Origin: Chlorobiota bacterium
Lineage (GTDB): Bacteria; Bacteroidota; Ignavibacteria; OLB7
Assembly (NCBI GenBank): GCA_963711465.1
Contig: CAVQEG010000001.1
Span: 2,014,332 to 2,078,331, forward strand
Length of the DNA: 64,000 bases
Reading direction: 5' to 3'
The notes under the pieces were generated by a model, which did not search any database, had not been told where the DNA came from, and saw only the letters and a list, made by a program, of their open reading frames with translations. The first letter of the stretch is position 1; every line of letters begins with the position of its first letter. The position numbers and the translations under genes are program-made. Positions 18,600 to 28,400 of the stretch are shown in pieces.

Positions 18600-19136
18600 C
18601 TATGAAGATTCACCCATACTCGACCGACCGCAGAAGTCACAAATGACCTTTCGGACCTTGCTCAATTCGGACTGCAGGTCGGAATCAGTGACGTCCCAAC
18701 CCTCATCCCGCTCCTCAATGAAAGCATAATACGCGTGAACAGGGACAAACAATGATTCCCCCAGTTGGCGCCAGTCATCGCCCCATGGTGCAGCGAATTT
18801 TGAGTCAGAAAAATCGCACAAAAACTTCGCGCCTTCTGCCAATAGTTCGTCCATACCGCAAATCGTGCAGCTGACAAAGCTGGGCACATTCTCTTCCTGA
18901 ACGTAAACGCATCCGGCACGCACCCATATGTCGTTGAACAGCGCCTCCAGAGTCGATTCGTCGCCGCAGAATCTGCACGCGGCAAGCTCGACCAAGAACG
19001 GATCAACGATACCGTCGGCTACTGCCATACGAGCAAAATCTGGAAAATTCCTTGTCTTTATGTAGCCATACCTTAGGAAGATTTCGAACATCTCCAGGAT
19101 TCTCATATACAACCTCAATTTAGTGGGATTACCCAT
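18600..19136 (-). CDS. Candidate immunity protein for orphan 3 (cytoplasmic, Cys-containing)
   Basis: The gene sits immediately downstream of the orphan-3 tip. The ATG at 19136 overlaps the toxin 3' end by 22 nt; an alternative ATG lies at 19106. The region is AT-richer. No known motifs. Confidence 0.5.
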   Translation of the reverse strand: MGNPTKLRLYMRILEMFEIFLRYGYIKTRNFPDFARMAVADGIVDPFLVELAACRFCGDESTLEALFNDIWVRAGCVYVQEENVPSFVSCTICGMDELLAEGAKFLCDFSDSKFAAPWGDDWRQLGESLFVPVHAYYAFIEERDEGWDVTDSDLQSELSKVRKVICDFCGRSSMGESS

Positions 19137-22100
19137 CCGTCACCGCCCGGCACACGCACCTGCTTCGCCTTGAAATCTATATCCCGGATGATTTGCCCAG
19201 TCTTACTGTTCATATAGAAGTGGATTTGGTACGACTCACCGTTAGACAATTCAATCGTCTTGGTTGAGTATTTGCCCCACCCATCCACGTCCCCTGTGAT
19301 CGCCATCATCGCATCCGTAACCGCCTGGTTCTTCATTTTGGACGCGGGCTGAATCATCTTCGCATCTGCAATCATCTCCGTCGTCAACCCGCGCGCCATT
19401 ACCTCGATTGCACGTGTGAATCCCTCTTCGGTCGCGACACCCTTGAGGTAATTGAGAGCATTTACACCGACCTTCGCCTCATTGATGAGGAAGGCGGCAA
19501 TTTCCCCTTCACGCAGTGCCTGCCATGCTGCCCAGAGGCGCGAGGATCCGCCGGGTCCGACGAGCCACCCATTTCCGGGGATTCCCGTGGTCGGAGCGGG
19601 ACCTGCAATCTTTCCTTCGTTGTCGACGGTCCAAAATGATTTTGTGTTGCCGCCGAAAATGTTTTCTCCACCATTCGCCAGTCCTATAGTCGGTGGACCG
19701 TTGAGGATTCGACCGACAGTTGACCAGAATGAATCATCGGCTGGGTCCGCAACTCGTATCCGCCCGCTCACGGCAGTGAGCAGCGAGTACTTGACGTCCG
19801 CGAAGGTTATCGCGCCGCGCTTGTCTGCGATGTAGATCTTGCTGGTCGTTCCATCGGTCTGTCTGTAGCCTACGATGTTCCCTCGCGAATCGAAGAAGTA
19901 GTCGTCATCGCCGTACGGGTCGATCAGAGCGATCGGATTATCACGGGTGAGCGCATACGGTGTGGACTGAGCGGCTTCTGGATCTACGGAGGTCCAACGG
20001 GCAATGCGCCCGTCTACCAGCCGATGTTCCGTGTTGTACGTACTGCGATCGTCTCCGAACGAGGTTTCGTGCTGCCAGCCATTGAACCCATACCGCCACT
20101 CCGCACCCTCGTAGTGCCGTCCCGGCTGCAGCATGCCGTAGGCGTAGTAGTTCGCGTAGCTGCTCACCACCGCCACGAACGGATACGTCCCCGACTGCAC
20201 CGTCGGTTCCTTCATGTCCGTCACCACCACCCGCACGTTGCCCAGGTGGTCCTTCAGCTCGTAGTACTTCTCCGAGAGCACCCGCTCGTGGTACTCGTTT
20301 GTCGTGTCGATCGCCGTGCCTTCGCCTGCCGGGCGTGCAAGGTCCGTCGGCTTCGTCTCCGCGATGCGTCCCTGCGCTCCGTTGCCGTAGATCACCCACT
20401 CGGTGAGATGGAACGCTTCGGCGCAGTTCGGCGCGCACGGGTTCGGATCGGTGCCGTCGGGGATGCCGTCGGAGTCCTGATCACCTGCCGGCCCCGCGGT
20501 GCAGGGACACGGATCGACCGCATCGGGGACCCCGTCGCCATCGATGTCGCCGCCCGGTGGCGGGATCGACGGGTTCATCGGGTCCGGATCGCACGTGTCC
20601 GGGATGCCGTCGTTGTCCGTGTCGACACCCTCATGCGGGCTCGGCTCCGGATCGACGCAGTTCTCGTAGATCGCCACCACCTTTCCGCCGGCTTCGTACA
20701 CGTAGTACGTCGAGCGTAGCGACGACGGGTCGTTCGGGTCGTACACCTGCTTGCGCACCCGGTTGCCCGCGGCGTCGTAGGTGAACTCCAGCACCTGATT
20801 CGCCTTCGTCACCGACAGCACCTTCCCGTAGATGCTCCACTCGATGTCGGTGATCCCTTCGGAGACGTCGCCCGTCATGTTCCCGATCGCATCGTACGTG
20901 TAGTTGCTCGTGTCGCTCTGGTCGTCGATGTCCTCGCTGTACTTCGAGCTGCTGACGACGTCGTTGACCTGCCGAAGCTGGTTCGTCCCCGGGTAGTACG
21001 TGTACGTCAACTGGTCCATCGCACCAACCGCCGTGTCGCCCAGGCGCGTCAGCGTCGTGATGTTCCCGTTCGGGTCGTACGTGTAGGAGCTCGTGTATTC
21101 GCTCAGCGAGCCCGTCCACGTCCCGCCGCTGCCGTAGGTATGGTAGTTTGCCTCCAGCAGTCGGTTGAGCACGTCGTAGCGGTAGGTGTAGCCCACCAGT
21201 TGCTCGTCGATCGGTCCGCCCGTTCCCGCCGGCTGGATGTTCGTCGTCCACGTCGCGATGTTCCCGTTGTACAGGTCGTAGCTCGGCATCAGGTGGTACG
21301 ACGACGCTGGCACCGACGACCCCGAGGCGAACGGCGAGTTCCCGTGCACGAAGTCGCCGTCGTAGTAGCCGAGCATCATTCCGAACGCATCCGGTGCGAA
21401 CCACCGCCGCGTGCCGAACCCGTCGGAGCCCGGATCGACGTCCACGCCGGCGCTCGTGTCCAGCGACGGATGGTTGATCGCCTTGAGCCATCCCTGCAGC
21501 GTATACGTGTAGTCGATCCCCTGCACGCTGTCCTCTCCGTACTCCACCCGGCGCAGCGGTCCGTGCGCGTAGTAGGTGTACCGCGCGTCGCTCTCGTAGA
21601 TCTCCCCGTCCCGCGAGCTCTCGACCTCCCGCAGCCGGTTGTCCTCGTCGTAGCGATAGCGCTGGATGTACTGATCCTCCCATCCCTCGTCGTAGAGCAT
21701 CCGCAGCATGTTCCCGCTGATCAGGTCATACTCGTAGCGCACGTAGTTCGTTCCCAGCTCCGGGATCTCCTGCCGAACCCACTCCACGTTCCCGTGCGGG
21801 TCGTAGCTGTACTGCGTATGCACGCCGTCGTCGGCGTAGACATGGGCGATCCGGTTGAGCGTGGAGCGCTGGGGCGTCCAGTCGACGTAGCGTCCGTTGT
21901 GCGTCAGACTGATCTCCGTACCGGTCCGATGATCGAAAACTTGATGCGCCGTCCCGAGGCGGGCAAACACCAGGATGTTCTCCTTCGGATCGGTCAGCCC
22001 CGGACAATCATCTACGTCGGATTTGATCCGGCGTGCATACCTGCAAGCGAGACACCATCCACGAATCACCGTGCTTTTCGTAGAGTCGGGGATCACCGGA

Positions 22101-22180
22101 CTGTTTTCGAATCGAGTCTCCAATCCAACGTCCGGTCGTAATAAACCCGGTCGTATCGCCACCCCTGAGATCGATTCCAC
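19115..22180 (-). CDS. Orphan rhs C-terminal cassette 3, the longest orphan at about 1000 aa, with an unrecognised toxin tip
   Basis: It aligns to Rhs1 from ...LTHNGRYVDWTPQR (junction at about 21900). The TSP3 block lies at about 20400-20600. The core end is GAEWRYGFNGWQHE...VDPEA...LIDPYGDD. The unique tip is 19115 to about 20080. The start is uncertain: the ORF-track start is a GTG at 22180 and overlaps the upstream small ORF (22008-22466), and no ATG lies near the junction. Confidence 0.6.
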   Translation of the reverse strand: MESISGVAIRPGLLRPDVGLETRFENSPVIPDSTKSTVIRGWCLACRYARRIKSDVDDCPGLTDPKENILVFARLGTAHQVFDHRTGTEISLTHNGRYVDWTPQRSTLNRIAHVYADDGVHTQYSYDPHGNVEWVRQEIPELGTNYVRYEYDLISGNMLRMLYDEGWEDQYIQRYRYDEDNRLREVESSRDGEIYESDARYTYYAHGPLRRVEYGEDSVQGIDYTYTLQGWLKAINHPSLDTSAGVDVDPGSDGFGTRRWFAPDAFGMMLGYYDGDFVHGNSPFASGSSVPASSYHLMPSYDLYNGNIATWTTNIQPAGTGGPIDEQLVGYTYRYDVLNRLLEANYHTYGSGGTWTGSLSEYTSSYTYDPNGNITTLTRLGDTAVGAMDQLTYTYYPGTNQLRQVNDVVSSSKYSEDIDDQSDTSNYTYDAIGNMTGDVSEGITDIEWSIYGKVLSVTKANQVLEFTYDAAGNRVRKQVYDPNDPSSLRSTYYVYEAGGKVVAIYENCVDPEPSPHEGVDTDNDGIPDTCDPDPMNPSIPPPGGDIDGDGVPDAVDPCPCTAGPAGDQDSDGIPDGTDPNPCAPNCAEAFHLTEWVIYGNGAQGRIAETKPTDLARPAGEGTAIDTTNEYHERVLSEKYYELKDHLGNVRVVVTDMKEPTVQSGTYPFVAVVSSYANYYAYGMLQPGRHYEGAEWRYGFNGWQHETSFGDDRSTYNTEHRLVDGRIARWTSVDPEAAQSTPYALTRDNPIALIDPYGDDDYFFDSRGNIVGYRQTDGTTSKIYIADKRGAITFADVKYSLLTAVSGRIRVADPADDSFWSTVGRILNGPPTIGLANGGENIFGGNTKSFWTVDNEGKIAGPAPTTGIPGNGWLVGPGGSSRLWAAWQALREGEIAAFLINEAKVGVNALNYLKGVATEEGFTRAIEVMARGLTTEMIADAKMIQPASKMKNQAVTDAMMAITGDVDGWGKYSTKTIELSNGESYQIHFYMNSKTGQIIRDIDFKAKQVRVPGGDGWVIPLN

Positions 22181-22466
22181 AAATCGAATAATCTCGGTTC
22201 ACTAGGTCCTCAGCAACCATGTCGACTCGAACCTTAATCATATCGCGTCCCGGATACGCGGCAATCGCGCCGACGGTACCAACGAAATGGTCTGGGAGGA
22301 ATTCGTGCTGATACCAGTGCCGGTACGAGTCCTCCGAAGCCTTCCGTTCGCCATCCGCCACGATCTTCAGCAGGCAACACTGCGCGCATGCTCCAACAAC
22401 AACAAGCCCTAGAGTTGCCAGAGTGATCCTCTTCCACATTCTGTTCGCGGTCCCATTTGCATTCAT
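22008..22466 (-). CDS. Candidate immunity protein for the orphan-4 hydrolase tip (secreted or lipoprotein)
   Basis: The gene lies 63 nt downstream of the orphan-4 stop. The signal peptide is MWKRITLATLGLVVVGACAQC. The region is AT-richer. Confidence 0.45.
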   Translation of the reverse strand: MNANGTANRMWKRITLATLGLVVVGACAQCCLLKIVADGERKASEDSYRHWYQHEFLPDHFVGTVGAIAAYPGRDMIKVRVDMVAEDLVNRDYSICGIDLRGGDTTGFITTGRWIGDSIRKQSGDPRLYEKHGDSWMVSRLQVCTPDQIRRR

Positions 22467-22529
22467 TGCATTGCATCAATTTGCTACGCTCGTTCGTCAT
22501 TGGCGCTTCGATGTAAAAGCGGCATCGTA

Positions 22530-24431
22530 CTACTGCGTTGGTTCCCTCGGCGTAGGATTAAGCGGATTGGGCATCGGTGCATTTTGATCCGTCTCATCCT
22601 TCCGGTGATTGGACCGACGCGGATGACTCATCGACGGAACGGACTTGAGGTATTGTGCAAATTTGGCGCGTTTATACATTTCTGTGTGAGACTCGATTGG
22701 GTGAAACAAATCGCCGACTGAAACATCATCATCTGTGAGTACATAGTTCGAAACGCGCCCCTTGTTCCAGCCGTCATTCTCTGGTACCGTCTGTCGTGAC
22801 ATTGCCGTGACAAGACTGCCCGGATCCTGGGGAGCCACCGCGGCTACCAGATCCTCTGCGTGGACGAACTGATAGTGCATGTTGATCCCACGTTCTATCA
22901 ATGATTCGACCTCGCGTTCCCCTGTCGCGGAAACTGATGCAGCGAAGACCGGGGTCGATATCGTAATTAGATTCACTTCATATCCGGCGTCCACCAGATA
23001 GGGAACCGCCTGGAGAGCCACGTTTCCTCCATGGCTGAATCCAGTGATCGTGATCGGTTCATCCGGCGTGATCTGGTGAGTTTGGAGGAGATAGGACCGC
23101 ACTGCAAGAATGTGGGCTGCAAGGCGCCTTCCAGCCTCGGCTCGATCTGCGGAGGAGTTAAATTGTCCGTCGTTACTCCACCTAAAAGTGAGGTTCGACT
23201 TCGTATTGCCGCCGATACGCATGATTTCGTGCAGGACATCCGCCGGGAGGTCCAGTCCGCGACCGGATTGCGTGGTCCCGTGAACTACAAACGCCTCGAG
23301 ACCATCGAGATCCACCGCAGCAACAGGTGTCGAACTTGCATAGCTATACGGGGAAAGCGACGCGAACCAGGAAGTCAATGGATCCCGTGCTGCAAATCTC
23401 CCCAGTTTGGCGGAATACATCCGCATCCCATAGTCGTACACATTCCCCTTCCCACCCCACTCATCATCCCTCTCCTTCCCATTGAACCCGTACCGCCACT
23501 CCCCACCTTCCCAACTCCGATCCGGCTGCAGCATGCCATAGGCGTAGTAGTTCGCGTAGCTGCTCACCACCGCCACGAACGGATACGTCCCCGACTGCAC
23601 CGTCGGTCCTTCATATCCGTCACCACCACCCGCACGTTGCCCAGGTGATCCTTCAGCTCGTAGTACTTCTCCGAGAGCACCCGCACGTAGTACTCGTTCG
23701 TCGTGTCGATCGCCGTGCCTTCGCCTGCCGGGCGGGCGAGATCCGTCGGCTTCGTCTCGGCGATGCGTCCCTGCGCGCCGTTGCCGTAGATCACCCACTC
23801 GGCGAGATGGAACGCTTCGGTGCAGTTCGGCGCGCACGGGTTCGGATCGGTGCCGTCGGGGATGCCGTCGGAGTCCTGATCACCAGCCGGGCCCGCGGTG
23901 CAGGGACACGGATCGACCGCATCGGGGACGCCGTCGCCATCGATGTCGCCGCCAGGTGGCGGGATCGACGGGTTCATCGGGTCCGGATCGCACGTGTCCG
24001 GGATGCCGTCGTTGTCCGTGTCGACACCCTCGTGCGGGCTCGGCTCCGGATCGACACAGTTCTCGTAGATCGCCACCACTTTGCCCCCTGCCTCGTAGAC
24101 GTAGTACGTCGAGCGCACCTGCGTCGTGTCCGTCGGGTCGATCACCTCCTTGCGCACCCGGTTGCCGGCGGCGTCGTAGGTGAACCGAAGCACCGTCACG
24201 TTGTTCTTCTCGACTGAGAGCACCTTGCCGTAGATGCTCCACTCGATGTTCGTGATGTTCTCCGAGACGTCGCCGATCATGTTTCCGATCGCATCGTACG
24301 TGTAGTTGCTCGTGTCGCTCTGGCTGTCGATGTCCTCGCTGTACTTCGTCGCGCTGACGAGGTCGTTGACCTGCCGCAGCTGGTTCGTCCCGCCGTAGTA
24401 CGTGTAGCTCAGCCGGTCTATCGCGCCGAAA
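22530..24431 (-). pseudogene. Orphan rhs C-terminal cassette 4 carrying a GxSxG alpha/beta-hydrolase-like tip. It is frameshifted and has no start codon
   Basis: Homology to Rhs1 begins at about 24430, directly after an in-frame TGA, and the first ATG is at 24280. A 1-nt deletion relative to all other copies lies at about 23628 (ggttcc to ggtcc), so the frame switches from ...VVVTDMK to DRRCSRG.... The downstream frame resumes ...TVQSGTYPFVAVVSSYANYYAYGMLQPDRSWEGGEWRYGFNGKERDDEW...DLDGLEA and a tip containing ITGFSHGGNVAL at about 23010-23055. Confidence 0.6.
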
Positions 24432-24436
24432 CCGAT

Positions 24437-25450
24437 TCAACGGACGCCTCCAGTCAGGACCGAGGCAACCCGACTTGACCACCCCCGTCGCGAGATCGCT
24501 ATGATTTCGAGGTTTCGTCTCCATGCGTCAACGAATCCATCCAAGCGAAAAGCACCGACAACCGTGACCACTTGCTCAGTCGTCAAGCGGTTCGCGCGGA
24601 TCATTGAATATTCTCCCTCCGTGCTGCCCCATGGAATATCAAAGGTGTCCAATCCCCGAAGTACAATTCCTGGTACCGAACGGGATAGGGGTTCAGCAAA
24701 GGGGAATGAACCGAAGTCCAACAAAGACTCCGTGCGCCAGCATGGCACAGACCGATGGCATAGGGTGTCACGCATGCACTCGGTGGCATAGAACGCATAT
24801 GTGTACCTTGCGGTCACTCCCACCGAGTCAACTAAGAGAACATCTGCAAGCACGTGCGAATTCACCGGGTCGACGCACGAGATGAGCTTCGATCGCATTA
24901 ACAAATCTAGGGATGCGCTGTCATTCCGTGCCAAGTTCCAGTACTTTCGATACTGGGTCGTAACATTGGAACCGCCGCTTGGCTCCAAGTCCGCATAGAG
25001 CACGTCGTGACTCTTGACTGACGCGAACGCAAGGGTCGAATACCGCCCCATACCCAACTGAACGTCCGATGAAAGCAACCGTATATTCCATTCGGTGACC
25101 GAGTCAATCACAAATATCCGAGATTGTCCGCGCCACAAAATCGAGACAACGATTTCACGCGGACGATCCAGATCAACATTTCGGGCGTATGCGATACCCC
25201 AAACGGTGTCGCCATCCGGCGCCTCGCCTGCGTCCGTACCGCCGACCTCGTGCTGGGTCTCGTATTGCGCCATGAGATTTCGACAGTCGCTCGCCGAGAG
25301 AAACGCTGAGTCATTTGAAAACACACCAATGCTCTCAACCCACGATGCAATATCTCCGGCACGAGACGCCTCGCAATGCGCCAAAAGAACCCCAAGGATA
25401 GCGACGATCAAGATTATCCCGTTGCGGATACATTTTGAATTGGGACTCAT
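24437..25450 (-). CDS. Candidate immunity protein for the Rhs2 toxin tip (337-aa secreted protein)
   Basis: The gene begins 16 nt downstream of the Rhs2 stop (25469). The signal peptide is IILIVAILGVLLAHCEA. GC is lower. No motifs. Confidence 0.5.
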   Translation of the reverse strand: MSPNSKCIRNGIILIVAILGVLLAHCEASRAGDIASWVESIGVFSNDSAFLSASDCRNLMAQYETQHEVGGTDAGEAPDGDTVWGIAYARNVDLDRPREIVVSILWRGQSRIFVIDSVTEWNIRLLSSDVQLGMGRYSTLAFASVKSHDVLYADLEPSGGSNVTTQYRKYWNLARNDSASLDLLMRSKLISCVDPVNSHVLADVLLVDSVGVTARYTYAFYATECMRDTLCHRSVPCWRTESLLDFGSFPFAEPLSRSVPGIVLRGLDTFDIPWGSTEGEYSMIRANRLTTEQVVTVVGAFRLDGFVDAWRRNLEIIAISRRGWSSRVASVLTGGVR

Positions 25451-25468
25451 ATTTTTTGCCTCGGATGT

Positions 25469-28400
25469 CTATGGGAACGTGTTCGACTCGAATTTCTTAT
25501 TCGCACCATTGTAATTGAAAAACGTAGTGCCGCCACACTTCACGACCGGCTTGAGCACCTTTAGCTTCACCTGTTTGCGGTGCCAACTGAACTTGTTCTC
25601 GTTCTCATAAAGTGACCCTTCCCAAAACACGACTGGGCGTGGATATAGGCGAGCCGGGAACGGTGTTTCTGCGGAATATCCCGTGCGCATCAGAGCGTCA
25701 AAGTCGTTTCCGCTGCCGTACTCTGAGACTGCCTCAAACACGCCGCGAGCTTGATTCCCCCGATTTCCATTTAACAGAGTAACGATGCGGCGCAGCATTT
25801 GGTTGCTCGGAGGACCGAGCTGTTCATTTACCTCCCGATATGTCTGTACCCCGCCCGGAACCGGCGTGTTGGGGTCTTGCGTTGGAGGCGTTCTCGCATC
25901 AAAGTCACCTCCGTCTACGGCATCCAGGGTGGCTACTGTCATATCTTCCGGTCCAACGATCAGCCCCCGTTCTACTTCGCGATTGATCACGACAAATGTC
26001 ATCGCCTTTGGTTCATCACGTGTTGCGGTTTGCAGCCAATATTCACTACTCTCGCCGAGTGTTGTCGCCAGCAAATCACGTAGTGCCGCTGGATTCATTT
26101 CCCTCCATTTCGTCGTGTACGTCCAGTCGGTGGGTGGCGTCTGAATTTTGACGACCGGTTTTGTGCCGCCGCGCTTGATTACGACCGATCCATTCAACGG
26201 GTAAATGAGGGTATCATCGCCATCAATGTCCGTGTACAGGATGGGGTTGTGTGCAAATGAGGCGTAAGGGCTTGCATCCGCATTCGTCTTTCGATCCTTC
26301 GACCACCACCGACCAAGCCTTACATCGATAACTCTGTTGTTGAAATTGTATGTGCTTGATCCGTTTGACACCGCATCATCCCTCTCCTTCCCATTGAACC
26401 CATATCGCCACTCCCCACTCTCGTGGTGCCGTCCCGGCTGCTGCATGCCGTAGGGATAGTAGTTCGCGTAGCTGCTCACCACTGCCACGAACGGATACGT
26501 CCCCGACTGCACCGTCGGTTCCTTCATGTCCGTCACCACCACGCGCACGTTGCCCAGGTGGTCCTTCAGCTCGTAGTACTTCTCCGAGAGCACCCGCACG
26601 TGGTACTCGTTCGTCGTGTCGATCGGCGTGCCTTCGCCGGCCGGACGTGGGAGATCCGTCGGCTTCGCCTCGGCGACGCGTCCCTGCGCTCCGTTGCCGT
26701 AGATCACCCATTCGGCGAGGCGGAACGCCTCGGCGCAGTTCGGCTCGCACGGGTTAGGGTCCGTGCCGTCGGGGATGCCGTCGTCGTCCTGATCACCAGC
26801 CGGTCCGGCGGTGCAGGGACACGGATCGACCGCATCGGGGACCCCGTCGCCATCGATGTCGCCGCCCGGTGCCGGGATCGACGGGTTCAGCGGGTCCGGG
26901 TCACACTCGTCCGGGATGCCGTCGTTGTCCGTGTCGACGCCCTCGTGCGGGCTCGGCTCCGGATCGACACAGTTCTCGTAGATCGCCACCACCTTGCCCC
27001 CTGCCTCGTAGACGTAGTAGGTCGAGCGCAGCGATGTCGGATCGTTCGGATCGTACACCGACTTGCGCACCCGGTTGCCGCCGCCATCGTAGGTGAACTC
27101 CAACACCTGGTTCGGCTTCGTCACCGACAGCACCTTCCCGTAGATGCTCCACTCGATGTTCGTGATGTTCTCGGAGACATCGCCCGTCAGATTGCCGATC
27201 GCGTCGTAGCTGTAGTTGCTCGTGTCGCTCTGGTCGTCGATGTCCTCGCTGTACTTGCTCGCCGCGACGAGGTCGTTGACCTGCCGCAACTGGTTCGTTC
27301 CGCCGTAGTACGTGTAGCTCAGCTTGTCCATCGCACCCGCTCCGGTCGTATCGCCGCCGCGGTCGAGCGTCAGGATGTTCCCGTTCGGGTCGTACGTGTA
27401 GGAGCTCGAGTACTCGCTCAGCGAGCCCGTCCACGTCCCCCCGCTGCCGTAGGTGTGATAGTTCGCCGCCAGCAGCCGGTTCAGCACGTCGTAACGGTAG
27501 GTGTAGCCCACCAGTTGCTCATCAGCCTTCCCGCTGGCGCCGCTCGGCTGCATGTTCGTCGTCCACGTCGCGATGTTCCCGTTGTACAGATCGTACTCCG
27601 GCATCAGATGGTACACCGATGCCGGAACCGACGATCCCGAGGCGAACCGCGAGGTGCCGTGCACGAAGTCGCCGTCGTAGTAGCCCAGCATCATCCCGAA
27701 CGCATCGGCGGCGAACCACCGCCGCGTGCCGAACCCGTCCGATCCCGGATCGACGTCCGCCCCCGCGCTCGTGTCCAGCGACGGATGGTTGATCGCCTTG
27801 AGCCATCCCTGCAGCGTGTACGTGTAGTCGATCCCCTGCACACTGTCCTCTCCGTACTCCACCCGACGCAGCGGTCCGTGGATGTAGTAGCTGTAGCGCG
27901 CGTCGCTCTCGTAGATCTCCCCGTCCCGCGAGCTCTCGACCGCCCGCAGACGGTTGTCCTCGTCGTAGACGTAGCGCTGGATGTACTGATCCTCCCACCC
28001 CTCGTCGTAGAGCATCCGCAGCATGTTCCCGCTGATCAGGTCGTACTCGTAGCGCACGTAGTTCGTGCCCAGCTCCGGGATCTCCTGCCGAACCCACTCC
28101 ACGTTCCCGTGCGGGTCGTAGCTGTACTGCGTATGCACGCCGTCGTCGGTGTAGACATGGGCGATGCGATTCTGCGTGTAGCGCTGGGGCGTCCAGTCGA
28201 CGTAGCGACCGTTGTGCGTCAGTCCCGTTGCGGTGCTGTCCGCCGGCGTCGTGTAGAACGTCAGCACCCGGTGCTGTCCGTTCGTCGGGCGACTCTGGTC
28301 ATCCACCGCCGCCGACACGTCGCCCGGCAGCGTCGAGTCGCCCACTTCCACCACCCGACTCAGGTGGTCGTACTTCGTGTAGGACATCTCCCCGGCGTCG

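Noticed and set aside
16532-22141. Plus-strand ORFs across orphans 2 and 3 (16532-18268, 20024-20719, 21140-22141, 20631-21683 minus-frame).
   Set aside because: Alternate-frame artefacts of the rhs cassettes.
2038-26750. Recurrent 'MRAELHRSVP...RRVGDLRQRRAGTHRRDEADG' ORFs at each TSP3 block (2038-2394, 14647-15093, 16944-17393, 19941-20438, 23880-24524 frame, 26376-26750). They could look like a conserved overlapping gene.
   Set aside because: This is the minus-1 frame of the repeated TSP3/core-end DNA. Recurrence reflects DNA repetition, not selection. In orphan 4 the real frame actually switches into it through a 1-nt deletion.
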